DNA of 63,117 bases, the filler included, from Anaerolineae bacterium (GTDB lineage: Bacteria; Chloroflexota; Anaerolineae; Epilineales; Epilineaceae): assembly GCA_029262755.1 (NCBI GenBank). It is 6 parts of 6 records of this genome, joined end to end, with 100 filler letters (N's around TTAATTAATTAA, not from the genome) between each part and the next. Parts side by side here need not be neighbours in the genome. Positions count along the whole stretch, not along the records: positions 1 to 8,667 come from JAJCYU010000274.1; positions 8,768 to 21,432 come from JAJCYU010000277.1; 4 more parts are not named here. One strand, written 5' to 3'. Positions 1 through 10,631 of the stretch are shown here, piece by piece. The translations under genes were made by a program, and so were the position numbers. The notes below the pieces were generated by a model. It saw only the letters and a list, made by a program, of their open reading frames with translations. It ran no database searches and was not told the origin of the DNA. The first letter of the stretch is position 1. Each line of letters opens with the position of its first letter.

Positions 1-2376
1 GAGCTCCTTGAGCACCGTCTGCTGGCGTCGGCCCTTGCCGGCCTTCTTGTCCGCGATCAGCTGTAGCGCGCGGTCGAGCTCCACGGAGAGGACATCGTCC
101 TCCTTCTTCAGGCTGGCGAAGGTCTTCTCGTGGACCACGTAGGGGCCGTAGCGGCCGATGCCCGCCTTCACTGGCTCGCCGGTCTCCGGATGCGGGCCGA
201 GCGTGCGCGGCAGGGCAAGGAGGTCGAGCGCGACGGGTAGCGTCACCTCGCCCGGTTCCATGCCCTTGGGCAGGGAGACGCGCTTGGGCTTGGGCTCGCC
301 CTTCACCGCTTCGCCGAGCTGTACATAAGGGCCGTAGGGGCCCTCCTTGAGGTACACGGCGAACTCGGTCTCCGGATCGGAGCCAAGCGCCTCGTCTTCC
401 ACCACGGCGCGCTCCGCCATCTCCGCGACAAGTGCTTCGGAGAGATCGCCGGGCGCAAGGTCTTCCGGCACGGACATCGTGCGCCGCTCGCCGTTGTCGT
501 CGATCTCGATGAAAGGGCCGTAACGGCCGATGCGCACCGCCACCGTGCCGAGGTTGACCGTGCTCGCGGTGCGCGGATCGATGCGCTCAGCCGCGTCTTC
601 GACCTGCGCATCGAGGCCCTTTTCGCCGTTGTAGAACTTCTCTAGATATTCCTGCCAGTCGATCTCGCCCGCTGCGATGCGGTCAAGGTCGCGCTCCATC
701 TCTGCGGTGAAGTTCAAATCGACCAGCTGATCAAAGTCGTTCTCGAGCAGGCCGGTGACCGCGAAGGCCGTGTAGGTCGGCGCGAGGGCGCTGCCGCTCT
801 TGTTGACGTAGCCGCGGTCCTGGATCGTGCCGAGGATCGTGGCGTAGGTGCTCGGTCGGCCGACGCCCGCCGCTTCCAGGGCCTTGACCAACGAGGCCTC
901 CGTGTAGCGCGCGGGCGGCTTCGTCTCGTGCCCGACCGGCTGCAGCTCGACCGGATCGACCGCCTCGCCCTCGGCCAGATCCGGCAAGGGCGCGTCGCGG
1001 TCCTCGATGGCCGCGTCGGGATCGTCGGAGCCCTCGACGTAGGCACGGAAGAAGCCGGGGAAGAGTACCCGCCTGCCGCTGGAGCGGAAGAGCGCCTTCT
1101 CGCTGGCCACCGTGATGTCGGCGGTGACGAACTCCAGGCGCGCGTCGGCCATCTGCGTGGCCATCGTGCGCTTCCAGATCAGGTCGTAGAGCTTCTGCTC
1201 GTCGCCCGATAGGTTCAGGTCCGCCACCGGCACCATGTCCGAGCCGGAGGGGCGGATGGCCTCATGGGCCTCCTGGGCCGCCTTCGCCTTGGTCTTGTAT
1301 AGGCGCGGCTTGGGGGTCAGGTACTCCTTGCCGTAGAGATCGCCGATGCGCTTGCGCGCCGCGCCGACCGCCTGGTCCGACAAGTGAACCGAGTCGGTAC
1401 GGTGGTAGGTGATGAGGCCGTTCTCGTAGAGCGTCTGCGCGACGCGCATCGTCTGACGCGCAGCCATGCGCAGCTTGCGACCCGCCTCCTGCTGCAGGGT
1501 GCTGGTGGTGAAGGGCGGGTAGGGCTTGCGGGTGGCGGCCCGCGTCTTTACGGAACTGACGACGAAGTCGGCGCCTTCCAGCCGGCCCTTCAGGCTGGTG
1601 ACCTGCTCTTCGTCAAGCAGCAGGACCTTGGCGCCGTCCTTGAGCTGACCCGTGTTGTCGTCGAAGTCCTTGCCTGTGGCCAGACGGTCCTTGCCCAACG
1701 AGCGCAGCCGCGCCTTGAAGTGATGCTCGGGCTCGTCGGGGCGCTTGGTCAGCTCGGCCTCGATGTCCCAATAGGCACCGCTGCGGAAGGCGTGGCGTTC
1801 GCGTTCGCGCTCCACCAGCAGCCGTACGGCGGCCGACTGGACGCGGCCGGCCGATAGACGGGGGGCGATCTTGCGCCACAGCAGCGGCGAGAGCGTGTAG
1901 CCGACCAACCGGTCGAGGATGCGCCGCGTTTCCTGGGCACGTACCAAGTGATCGTCCACGTCGCGCGTCTGCGAGATGGCTTCTTGAATGGCCTCTTCGG
2001 TGATCTCGTGAAAGACCATGCGCTTCACGGGCACCTTGGGCTTGAGCACCTGGATGAGGTGCCAGCCGATGCTCTCTCCCTCGCGGTCCTCATCCGTTGC
2101 GATCACCAGCTCGTCGGCGTCCTTGAGGGCGTCGCGCAGCTGCTTGAGCGTGTCTTTGCGCCGGGTGCTGAGCACATAGAGTGGTTCGAAGCCCGCCTCG
2201 ACGTTCACGCCCAACCGGCTCCACGCCTTGTCGCGTAAGGAGGTGGGAATCTCGGCCGCGGACGAGGGTAGGTCGCGGATATGGCCCATGCTGGCCAGCA
2301 CGACATAATCGGGCGGAAGATAGCCCTTGATCGTACGTGCCTTCGTGGGGGACTCGACAATGACGAGTGTTGTCAT
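1..2376 (-). CDS. topA: DNA topoisomerase I (type IA), 3' end beyond window
   Basis: Not in the ORF track because the stop lies outside the window. Manual translation from ATG 2376 gives [13 protein letters not shown]...[10 protein letters not shown]...[16 protein letters not shown]...SAGRVQS...LITYHRTDS...[11 protein letters not shown]...GRPSTYA, plus C-terminal repeats (GIGRYGPYV). Confidence 0.97.
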   Translation of the reverse strand, partial: MTTLVIVESPTKARTIKGYLPPDYVVLASMGHIRDLPSSAAEIPTSLRDKAWSRLGVNVEAGFEPLYVLSTRRKDTLKQLRDALKDADELVIATDEDREGESIGWHLIQVLKPKVPVKRMVFHEITEEAIQEAISQTRDVDDHLVRAQETRRILDRLVGYTLSPLLWRKIAPRLSAGRVQSAAVRLLVERERERHAFRSGAYWDIEAELTKRPDEPEHHFKARLRSLGKDRLATGKDFDDNTGQLKDGAKVLLLDEEQVTSLKGRLEGADFVVSSVKTRAATRKPYPPFTTSTLQQEAGRKLRMAARQTMRVAQTLYENGLITYHRTDSVHLSDQAVGAARKRIGDLYGKEYLTPKPRLYKTKAKAAQEAHEAIRPSGSDMVPVADLNLSGDEQKLYDLIWKRTMATQMADARLEFVTADITVASEKALFRSSGRRVLFPGFFRAYVEGSDDPDAAIEDRDAPLPDLAEGEAVDPVELQPVGHETKPPARYTEASLVKALEAAGVGRPSTYATILGTIQDRGYVNKSGSALAPTYTAFAVTGLLENDFDQLVDLNFTAEMERDLDRIAAGEIDWQEYLEKFYNGEKGLDAQVEDAAERIDPRTASTVNLGTVAVRIGRYGPFIEIDDNGERRTMSVPEDLAPGDLSEALVAEMAERAVVEDEALGSDPETEFAVYLKEGPYGPYVQLGEAVKGEPKPKRVSLPKGMEPGEVTLPVALDLLALPRTLGPHPETGEPVKAGIGRYGPYVVHEKTFASLKKEDDVLSVELDRALQLIADKKAGKGRRQQTVLKEL

Positions 2377-2763
2377 GAGGTACCTACCGTGGCTTGATCG
2401 GGAGCTGCGAACGGAACGGCGTGCGAGCGATCGTGGGAACAGACGCGCATTGAGACGCGCGGTGGCGACAATAGGATCGGAGTGCTACGCCGAGCCGGAT
2501 GATTTCGGGTCAAGAAAAAACGACCGCGGCCCGGCCTTGGCCGTCCGCGAGCGGCGGTGAGGATACATCAGCGCCGCGGGGCGCCAAAAGAGGGTCCGCC
2601 ATATCCGCCCGGGGGTCCCGTGCGTCCGGGTATACTGCAATCGCTAGGCGGCGCGGCCCCAACCGCGCTTCCCTCGCCCCCGGCTCGGCGAGCCATCGTC
2701 GCACGACTGTCGCACGACCGTCACATCATCGGCGCCCACGCGGCGCGAGAAGGACACCAAACC

Positions 2764-5301
2764 ATGAACCAACGCGCGCGCACCTGGCCGCTCTACGCCG
2801 TCCTCGCCCTCGGCCTCGCCGGACTCGTGCTGACCCTGCGCCTCGTCGCGACGGCGCGGCTCGATCAACGCGCGACCCTGGCCTACGCCGCGGCCGACGC
2901 CAACGGCCTCTTCACCCTCGGTATCGACTCGGTCACCGCACCGGACGTCCAGGGCCGCTGGCCAGCCCGCCTGCCCGCCAACCCGCCGGTGCATGACGTC
3001 GCGAGCTACGGCCTGGTGACCTTCGCCGCCGTCGGCGAGCAGACGCTCGGCATCTTCGACGCCCGCGCGCCGGATGCGCCCACCTTGCGCGACGTTGTGA
3101 AGGTAGCCGACTTCAACGCGATCCGCGTCGAGGTCGATTTGGGCCTTGCGGCCGTGCTGGACCCCGACAAGGGCGTGCAGCTGTTCGATGTGGGCGACCC
3201 CTTCCTCCCAACGCTCCTGGGCGCCTTGTCCCCCCGCCGCGACGAGACCTTCGCGGCGATGATCCTGCAGCCGCCCCTACTCTACGTGGTCGGCAACCAG
3301 GGCATGCGCATCGCGGACCTGGGCGATCCCGCCGCGCCAGAATGGATCAGCGCGGTCGGCGCGGATGCAGAGATCCGCGATCTGGACGTCGCCGAAGGCA
3401 TAGCCTACCTGCTCGGCTCGGACTCGGTGGCGATCGTGGACGTCGGCGATCCGAACGAGCCGAAACTCCTGGGCGGTGCGAACCTGAGCACGAAGAACGC
3501 AGCGAGCATCGCCTACGTGGACGCGGGCGCCGGAGCCGGCAAGCACGTCTATATCGGCGCCGTGATGCCCCCGACGGGCGGCAGCGGCGGTCTGCACGCG
3601 GTCAACGTAGACGACCCGAGCAAGCCCGTCGCCGGCCAGACGATCGAGGACAACTTCTCTTTCCACGACTTGGTCGCCCAAGGCCGGCTGCTCCACGGCG
3701 CCGCCGGCTTGAGCGGTATGCGCATCTATGACGTCACCGAGGCCACCCCGAGCGTCCTCGGCCAGGTCAACAGCGAGTGGGCCTTCCAGCGCCTGACCCT
3801 GCAGCGCGACATGCCCAAGGCAACACCCACCCCATCACGCCCCACGCTGACCGCCACCCGACCGGCGTCGCCCACCTTCACACCGACCCTGCGCGCCACG
3901 GCCACGCTCACCCCGACCGAAACAACCGTACCGCGCGACACACCAACGCCACGCGAGTCCGCAACCCCGACCGCCACCGACGAGCGCAAGCCCACCGAGA
4001 CGTCCACGCCCCCCGCCACGATCACGCGCGTGCGCCCGCCGACGCCGTCGCCGACCGTCCAGCCCGGCCGCGGGACCGCGACGCCCACCGTTCCCGCCCC
4101 ACCCGATCGCTGGACCATCGCTCGTCCGCCCGCCGACGTCGCCTCGGCCCTCGACCGCGTGCGCGGCGCGCGCTTCGACGCGGGCGGCACGCTCTGGCTG
4201 CGCCTTCCCGGCACCAACGGCGGCGACGACCTGATCATAAGCCGCCGCGGCGAAACCTGGCGCCGCTTCGGCAACCTGCGCGACGTCCTGCGCGCTCGCT
4301 ACGATGAGATCCTGGACCGAGGCACGCTGCCCGATTTCTGGGCCGTGGACGACGCTGGCCGCGTATGGGTCGGCCCCGCCCACTTCGACGGCGTGCGCTT
4401 CACCCCGCTGGCCACCAACGAGGACACCCCCGCCGGCAGCTTCACCTACGAACCCCGCACGATCATCGACCGCACCGGCCGCGCCTGGGTGCCCTTCCAC
4501 GCCCGCGTCAGCTGCCCCAACCCGGCCGGCTGCCGCAAGGTCGGCGTCCGCCTGCTCAACCCCGAAGGCGGCGTCGAGCTCGACCTCGAGGTGGAGCCGC
4601 TCCTAGAGGCCGGCGAATACGGCATCCCGGACGTCATGCTGCTGCACAGCCGCACGCAGCCGGGCGGCACGGACGTAGCGGATGTCGCGGGTGGTACGAG
4701 CGGGTTCGATGCGGCAACCGCCGCCCAGGGCGACGAGCAGAGCTACGTCGTCACATCGCGCGCGCTCTACATCCCGCCCTCAACCGAGCCGATCCCCTAC
4801 CCGCTGCTCGACGAGTTGGGCGAAACGCAGCGCAACGCCGGCTACGCGACCTCGTCGACGGTCGATCCCGAAGGCCGCCCGCTGGTGATCACGTGGGTCG
4901 AGGAACACGTTGGCGAAGCGCCGCGCACCATCCAATGGCGCGTGATGGCCAACACCTGGACCGGCACGGAGTGGCAGACCCAAGACCTCTCCACGAGCCC
5001 CGTCTTCGCCGACGGCCTCGAGTTCCTGCGCGGCACGGCGGTGGCCTTCGCTCCGGACGGCTCCCTGTGGCTCGGCTCCTCCGAGGGCGAGGTCGCGGTA
5101 TGGCGCGACGGCGCCTGGGCCGAACATTTCACGTCCGACAACAGCCCGCTACCCGCCGGCCAACCGATCACGGGCATCACGATCAGCGGCACGGGCACCG
5201 TGTGGTGCGTCACGCCGACCGGCGTCTACGCCTATGAGTCGCAGACGGGGGAACCGCCGGCGCCGATCATCTACCTGCCGTTCGCGCGGCAGAGCAAGTA
5301 G
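2764..5301 (+). CDS. Secreted LVIVD-repeat / beta-propeller protein with Pro/Thr-rich linker and C-terminal IYLPFAR motif
   Basis: ATG 2764 after AGAAGGA; hydrophobic N-terminus; repeats such as GVQLFDVGDP, MRIADLGDP, VAIVDVGDP; PT-rich linker; propeller blades (AFAPDGSLWLGS). Confidence 0.75.
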   Translation: MNQRARTWPLYAVLALGLAGLVLTLRLVATARLDQRATLAYAAADANGLFTLGIDSVTAPDVQGRWPARLPANPPVHDVASYGLVTFAAVGEQTLGIFDARAPDAPTLRDVVKVADFNAIRVEVDLGLAAVLDPDKGVQLFDVGDPFLPTLLGALSPRRDETFAAMILQPPLLYVVGNQGMRIADLGDPAAPEWISAVGADAEIRDLDVAEGIAYLLGSDSVAIVDVGDPNEPKLLGGANLSTKNAASIAYVDAGAGAGKHVYIGAVMPPTGGSGGLHAVNVDDPSKPVAGQTIEDNFSFHDLVAQGRLLHGAAGLSGMRIYDVTEATPSVLGQVNSEWAFQRLTLQRDMPKATPTPSRPTLTATRPASPTFTPTLRATATLTPTETTVPRDTPTPRESATPTATDERKPTETSTPPATITRVRPPTPSPTVQPGRGTATPTVPAPPDRWTIARPPADVASALDRVRGARFDAGGTLWLRLPGTNGGDDLIISRRGETWRRFGNLRDVLRARYDEILDRGTLPDFWAVDDAGRVWVGPAHFDGVRFTPLATNEDTPAGSFTYEPRTIIDRTGRAWVPFHARVSCPNPAGCRKVGVRLLNPEGGVELDLEVEPLLEAGEYGIPDVMLLHSRTQPGGTDVADVAGGTSGFDAATAAQGDEQSYVVTSRALYIPPSTEPIPYPLLDELGETQRNAGYATSSTVDPEGRPLVITWVEEHVGEAPRTIQWRVMANTWTGTEWQTQDLSTSPVFADGLEFLRGTAVAFAPDGSLWLGSSEGEVAVWRDGAWAEHFTSDNSPLPAGQPITGITISGTGTVWCVTPTGVYAYESQTGEPPAPIIYLPFARQSK

Positions 5302-5365
5302 GGACGGGCGGGTCTCACGACCGCGGCGATTGGGTTCCATGGGGACGGGCGGGTCTCACGACCGC
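5301..5365. repeat. Two identical 24-bp REP-like direct repeats
   Basis: GGGACGGGCGGGTCTCACGACCGC at 5301-5324 and 5342-5365, each with an internal imperfect palindrome, between convergent genes. Confidence 0.8.
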
Positions 5366-5368
5366 TCA

Positions 5369-5794
5369 TCACGCCTCTTCCGTCCCCATCGCCCCGGCCA
5401 GCTTCGCGCCCAGGTATCCCATCGGGATGTAGGCCAACAGCAGATCGGCCGCCTTGAACCACAGCGGGCCGCCGAGCTGCACGACGGCCGTGATGCCGCC
5501 GAGGAGGAAGAACAGTCCGATCCCGATCCCCATACGCGCGCGATGGGTCGCGGCGAACTTGGCCGCGACAAATGCCCCCGCGAGCGTGCCTAGCGCGTGC
5601 GCCAGGAAGGGGGACAGGAAGTGGATCGGCGTGTACAACTTCATGCTCTCGCGCAGCGCTTCCATGGTCGATGTATCGGCGCCATCGGGCAGCGGAATAA
5701 TGTTCGGCCCGAGGCTCACGATCCCGAGATTGACGACGCTGCCCACGATAATGCCGGCGACGACGGCCAGCACGTTCTTGACGATGGGATTCAT
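5369..5794 (-). CDS. Conserved-looking membrane protein, about 4 TM segments
   Basis: MNPIVKNVLAVVAGIIVGSVVNLG...PFLAHALGTLAGAF...PLWF..DLLLAYIPMGYLG; hydrophobic segments. Confidence 0.75.
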   Translation of the reverse strand: MNPIVKNVLAVVAGIIVGSVVNLGIVSLGPNIIPLPDGADTSTMEALRESMKLYTPIHFLSPFLAHALGTLAGAFVAAKFAATHRARMGIGIGLFFLLGGITAVVQLGGPLWFKAADLLLAYIPMGYLGAKLAGAMGTEEA

Positions 5795-5986
5795 GGCGTG
5801 CGACTCTCCTGTGGCGGGGTGAGCGGCCACTATGAAGAGCAACTGCGGGTTGTGCAAGGCGGCGAATCAATCAGGAAGCCCACATCCAGGGTAGGGTGCC
5901 CAAGCCTGTTTGAATCCGGGTCGCGGACGGAGACAAGCCCCGTGCTTTCGCTCCTCAGAGGTCCGAAAGGACAACCGTGTGGACCC

Positions 5987-6042
5987 TTACTGACAACACC
6001 GCAACCCCTTACTGCAAACTAGCTAAACCATTACTGCAAACT
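5987..6042. promoter_or_regulatory. Three direct repeats with 22-bp periodicity (candidate transcription-factor operator)
   Basis: TTACTG starts at 5987, 6009 and 6031; the last two extend to an identical TTACTGCAAACT; lies between divergent genes. Confidence 0.6.
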
Positions 6043-6153
6043 CGGCGACCCCGTATTGCCTTCCGGCGGCAAGAGCCTTTTGGCCGATCGACGGCACGCA
6101 GGAAGGCGCATGGCATGGTTGTCGTTTGTGTGTGATCGGAGCTTTTTAGGGCG

Positions 6154-7518
6154 ATGATCATGAAGCGAATCCTCATTGCGGGCGGGGCCTTCGTCGCCGT
6201 CGCGATCCTGTTCGTCGTCGTGACCCTGGCCATCGGTCGTCGCGTCGTCGAACGCGTAGTGGGTCCTGGCGAGGTCGCTGCGCCTGCCGCGCCTGCCACG
6301 TCGGTGCATCGGGACCATCTCTACGGCCGCATCACCACCGTGGACGGCGAGACCTACGAGGGGCGGCTGCAGTGGGGAGGCGAGGAAGAAGCCTTCTGGA
6401 GCGACGACTTCGGCGGTTGGAAGGACGAAAATCCGTGGGCCGGATCGGTGTCGCCCGATCTGCTCATGGAGCGGAACCCCGTGGCGCTGTTCGGGATCGT
6501 CGTCATGCAACGTCAACGGCCGATCGATCTCCGCCGGCCCTTCCTGGCTCGCTTCGGCGACATCGCGCGCATCGATGCCGGGTTGCAGGATATTCGGGTG
6601 ACCCTCAAGAGCGGGGCCGTCCACGAGCTCGACCGTCTCGCCGCGGACGACCTGGCGGATGGCGTGCGCGTGTGGGACGAGCAGCACGGTGTGATCGACC
6701 TCAACGAGCGTGGCATTCGCAGCATCGAGTTCATGGCGAGTGCCGGGTCCGTCTCCCACCCAGACCCCGTCCCCGACCGGCTGCATGGCACGGTGCGCAC
6801 GCGGCATGGACGCTTCACCGGATTCATCCAGTGGGATTGGGAGAAGCGCCTTGGTAGCGACGTCCTCGAAGGCTTGAGCGAGGACGTTGAGGTCAACCTT
6901 CCCTTCGACACCATCGCTGTGATCGCTCGTCACAAGGACGGAGGTGCCCTGGTGACGCTGCGCGATGGCCGCGAGCTCGTGCTCACCGGCACGCGTGATG
7001 TCGGGGACGGCAATCGCGGGATTTACGTCGACGACCCACGCTACGGCCGGGTCCTGATTCCCTGGGAGGCCTTCGTGCAAGTCGACTTTGCGCCGGGGGG
7101 CGATAGCCCCGGCTATGGCGACTTCCCGCCGGGCCGACCGCTGACGGGCAGCGTCGAGACGCGCGACGGTCGGTGGCTCGTCGGCCGGTTGGTCTTCGAT
7201 CTCGACGAGAGCGAGACCACCGAGACGCTCGATGCACCGTCGCAGGGCGTGCACTACATGATTCCGTTTGGTGCAATCGCATCCATCATGCCGTCCTTCG
7301 ACGAGGACGGCGGCTCCCTGAAAGCCTGGGTGCTACTGCACGACGGACAGGATCAGGTTCTCGTGCTCGATCACGGCGGCGACCTTGGCGAGGGCAATGC
7401 CGGCATGCTCGTGTTCGTGGACGGGCATGAACGTCCCGAATACGTTCGCTGGGCCGACGTCGAGCAAATCCGCCTCGACCGTCCGCCCGCGATGGTTCGG
7501 CCGATCGACGAGCGGTAG
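6154..7518 (+). CDS. Membrane-anchored hypothetical protein with three internal repeats
   Basis: N-terminal TM/signal segment; repeats start LYGRITTVDG, LHGTVRTRHG, LTGSVETRDG. Confidence 0.75.
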   Translation: MIMKRILIAGGAFVAVAILFVVVTLAIGRRVVERVVGPGEVAAPAAPATSVHRDHLYGRITTVDGETYEGRLQWGGEEEAFWSDDFGGWKDENPWAGSVSPDLLMERNPVALFGIVVMQRQRPIDLRRPFLARFGDIARIDAGLQDIRVTLKSGAVHELDRLAADDLADGVRVWDEQHGVIDLNERGIRSIEFMASAGSVSHPDPVPDRLHGTVRTRHGRFTGFIQWDWEKRLGSDVLEGLSEDVEVNLPFDTIAVIARHKDGGALVTLRDGRELVLTGTRDVGDGNRGIYVDDPRYGRVLIPWEAFVQVDFAPGGDSPGYGDFPPGRPLTGSVETRDGRWLVGRLVFDLDESETTETLDAPSQGVHYMIPFGAIASIMPSFDEDGGSLKAWVLLHDGQDQVLVLDHGGDLGEGNAGMLVFVDGHERPEYVRWADVEQIRLDRPPAMVRPIDER

Positions 7519-7631
7519 GCGCTATGGGGTCTTGCTGCTGCGCGCATCCATGCACCTCCACGCACTACCGTGCACCGTGGCGCGCCTCGTCGATCATCGA
7601 CCGCGGATGGCACGGCCTGTAGACTGCGCGC

Positions 7632-8237
7632 ATGAGCCTCTCCCCCGGCGTGATCAGCGCCGCGATCGTCCTCTTCTTCGTCATGGACCCGCTGGGCAAC
7701 ATCCCGTTGTTCTCCAGCGTCCTGGCGCGGGTGGCGCCTGCGCGGAGGAGGCGGGTGTTGGCGCGGGAGCTCGTGCTTGCGCTCGGCTTCCTGCTCGCGT
7801 TCCTCTTCGGCGGGCGCGGTATGCTCGATGTGCTCGGCCTTCAGCAGGACACGCTGCGCGTCGGCGGTGGGATCGTGCTGTTCGTGATCGCGCTGCGCAT
7901 GATCTTTCCGGAGGACCGCGATCTCTTCGGCGAGATGCCGGACGGTGAGCCGCTCGTCTTCCCGTTGGCCGTGCCGTTGATCGCCGGCCCCTCGGCCTTC
8001 GCCACGGTGCTGCTGCTCGTCGAATCGCTGCCCAACGGTGCGCGCGACGGCCTGTTCGCGGTCCTCGTCGCCTGGGCGGCCAGCGCCACCATCCTCGCCG
8101 GATCGGCCGTCCTGCTGCGGGTGATCGGCGCGCGCGGCCTGGCGGCCATGGAGCGTCTGATGGGCATGTTGCTGCTGATGCTGGCCACGCAGATGGTGCT
8201 GGAAGGCGTCTCCGGCTTCCTGGGGCTTGGATCATGA
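7632..8237 (+). CDS. MarC family membrane protein
   Basis: LFFVMDPLGNIPLF, PLAVPLIAGPSA and MERLMGMLL motifs. Confidence 0.92.
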   Translation: MSLSPGVISAAIVLFFVMDPLGNIPLFSSVLARVAPARRRRVLARELVLALGFLLAFLFGGRGMLDVLGLQQDTLRVGGGIVLFVIALRMIFPEDRDLFGEMPDGEPLVFPLAVPLIAGPSAFATVLLLVESLPNGARDGLFAVLVAWAASATILAGSAVLLRVIGARGLAAMERLMGMLLLMLATQMVLEGVSGFLGLGS

Positions 8238-8667
8238 CCGAGCCAACGCTGGCACAGCTCCTACCCTGGCAACTGAACGCGCTGCTCACCGGGCTCGTGC
8301 TCGGCGGCGTGCTCATCCTGCGCTGGCTGATCCTGCGCGGGGTGCGCGTCCGGGTAGACGACGCGCGCATGCGCTACCGGCTGCGCGGGATCACCACCTA
8401 CACGCTCCTCGCGTTTGCGGCCGTTTCCGTGGGCGCGATCTGGCTGGAAGGCCTGCAAGGCGACCAGCTCGCCACCTACTTCGGTTTCGCGACCGCCGGC
8501 GCGGCCATCGCGCTGCGCGACCCGATCGTGAACTTGGTCGCATGGCTCTACATCACGTTCATGCGCCCCTTCCGGGTCGGCGACCGCATCGAGGTGCGGG
8601 GTCAGAAGGGCGACGTGGTCGGCCAAGACGCCTTCTCGTTCAAAATGCTGGAGTTGGGCAACTGGGT
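8234..8667 (+). CDS. MscS family mechanosensitive channel, 3' truncated by contig end
   Basis: AIALRDPIVNLVAW...RPFRVGDRIEV..QKGDV. Confidence 0.85.
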
Positions 8668-8767
8668 NNNNNNNNNNNNNNNNNNNNNNNNNNNNNNNNN
8701 NNNNNNNNNNNTTAATTAATTAANNNNNNNNNNNNNNNNNNNNNNNNNNNNNNNNNNNNNNNNNNNN
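8668..8767. other. Artificial contig linker
   Basis: N-run, TTAATTAATTAA (stops in all frames), N-run. Confidence 0.99.
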
Positions 8768-9329
8768 GATCAACCAGACGCGCAACGCGATCCAGGCCGA
8801 TGTGCTCAAGCTCATCGCTACCCAAGCCCCGGTGGCCGGCGACGTCCGGCTGCTGACGACCATGCTGGAGATTTCCTCCGAGCTCGAGCGTGTCGGCGAC
8901 TACGCCAAGGGCATCGCCTCGATCTCGCTCACGCTCGGCGGTTGGACCTTCGGCCCCGAGATCGTCGATCTACTTGTGCGTATGGCCGATGCCGCGCGAG
9001 ACATGCTTCGCCGCAGTATCGCCGCCTTCGCCGATGGCGACGCGGACGCCACCGCCGAGATCATCGACCGCGACGACTACGTGGACGGACTCTATAAGGA
9101 GGTGTTTCGGCACGTGGTGGAGCTGGCCGGCCTGCGTCCGGATCGCGGCGCGGAGACCTTCGAGCGCGCGAACTACCTGTTGTGGGTTGCTCACAACCTG
9201 GAGCGCACCGCCGACCGCGCGACAAACATATGCATCCGCGTCGTCTTCACCGCGCGCGGCGAGCTCAAGTCCGCGCACGCATTGGTGGCGGAGTCGCGCG
9301 GGGACGATGCTGCGACGGACCGCGAATAA
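8768..9329 (+). CDS. phoU: Phosphate signalling protein PhoU, 5' truncated
   Basis: LIATQAPVAGDVR...ELERVGDYAKGIA...DDYVDGLY...AHNLERTADRATNICIRVVF. Confidence 0.93.
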
Positions 9330-9374
9330 CAGAGGGAGCGAGGACGAGCGCGGATCGGTGGTGTGCCGCCGCCC

Positions 9375-10607
9375 TCACTGCGCCAACGGCACCGTGAAGC
9401 GGAAGCACGCACCGTTGCGGTAGCTGCGATCCAGCCAGATGCGTCCTCCGTGTCCGTCGACTATGTGACGTGCGATGGCGAGTCCCAGTCCGCTGCCCAC
9501 CGACGCACGCGAGCGGTCGCCACGGTAGAAGCGTTCGAAGATGCGCTCCGCCTCATCGGGCGCGATGCCGGGGCCCTCGTCCTGGACATAGACCTCGACG
9601 TGCTCTTGCCCGGTACCTCCGTCGTCCGGCCCCACCGGTACGTCACGCATGACGCCCACGACCACGGTGGCGTCCGCCCGTGACACGGAGATCGCGTTGT
9701 CGAGCAGGTTGGTGAGCACGCGGCGGATCTGCGGCGCGTCGACCAGGACCATCACTTCAGCCGGGATCCGCACCTGCAGCTTGATGCCCTGCTCGACCAA
9801 CTGCGGCTCGATGCTGCGCTCGGCGTCGGCCACCACGTCGGCCAGCGCGCAAGGGCTGAGCTGCAGCAGCGCCCGGCCCGTCTCGATCCGGTTGAGCTGG
9901 ATGAGACCGTCCGCCAAGCGTTCGAGGATGGTCGCCTGATCCTTGATCGACGCGATCTGCTTCCGCCGGCCCTCGTCTACGCTGCCTTGGTCATCCGGCC
10001 CGTCGAGCAGGGCCTCCACGAGCAGCCGGATCGAGGTCAGCGGGGTCCGCAGATCGTGGGAGATGTTGGCCACCAGGTCGCGCCGCGCTCGCGCCAGCCG
10101 CTCGATCGCCGTATCGTCGCGCAAGCTGATCACGGCCCCGCCGCCGTCCAAGCGTTGCACACGCGCGCGATACACCCGATCGCGGTAGGCGATGGTGTGT
10201 TCGGCAGCGGGCTCTGCCCCCTCGACGTGTTCCACGAGCTCGTTCAGCTCGGCCGAGCGGATGACCGTCCGTAGTTCGGGCGCTCCTTCGATCTTCATGG
10301 CAAACCATTCCTGGGCCACGGCGTTGGCATGGCGCACGCGCTGCGCGGCGTCGAGGACGAGGATCGCCTCGGTCACCACGCTTCCGACGGCTCGCGTCAG
10401 CTCCAGATCGGCCGCGTCGGTGTCCGGTACGTGCGCAGCGTCGAGCCGCGCTCGTGGGGCGCTTCGCCTGCCACCTGGCGTGCGCCGGCCGCGAACGACG
10501 GTCGTCGGTCCGCGCCCTCCGGACCGGCGCCACCGGGCGATGCCTGCAACCAGCAACGCGCCGGCCGCAGCAAGGAAGAGAATCGCTGCGCCGATGCTCG
10601 ATTCCAT
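9375..10607 (-). CDS. Sensor histidine kinase, PhoR/SenX3-like (PAS-HisKA-HATPase)
   Basis: NISHDLRTPLTS H-box, NLLDNA, DEGPGI, IFERFYRGD, GSGLGLAIA. Confidence 0.92.
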   Translation of the reverse strand: MESSIGAAILFLAAAGALLVAGIARWRRSGGRGPTTVVRGRRTPGGRRSAPRARLDAAHVPDTDAADLELTRAVGSVVTEAILVLDAAQRVRHANAVAQEWFAMKIEGAPELRTVIRSAELNELVEHVEGAEPAAEHTIAYRDRVYRARVQRLDGGGAVISLRDDTAIERLARARRDLVANISHDLRTPLTSIRLLVEALLDGPDDQGSVDEGRRKQIASIKDQATILERLADGLIQLNRIETGRALLQLSPCALADVVADAERSIEPQLVEQGIKLQVRIPAEVMVLVDAPQIRRVLTNLLDNAISVSRADATVVVGVMRDVPVGPDDGGTGQEHVEVYVQDEGPGIAPDEAERIFERFYRGDRSRASVGSGLGLAIARHIVDGHGGRIWLDRSYRNGACFRFTVPLAQ

Positions 10608-10631
10608 AGGCGGTCGCCGGCCGTGCCGCGG

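Noticed and set aside
303..2238. Many short Arg/Ala/Pro-rich ORFs here and across the window
   Set aside because: Shadow ORFs expected in high-GC DNA; they overlap well-supported genes such as topA.
5301..5365. CRISPR mini-array
   Set aside because: Only two repeats, a 17-nt spacer and no cas genes.
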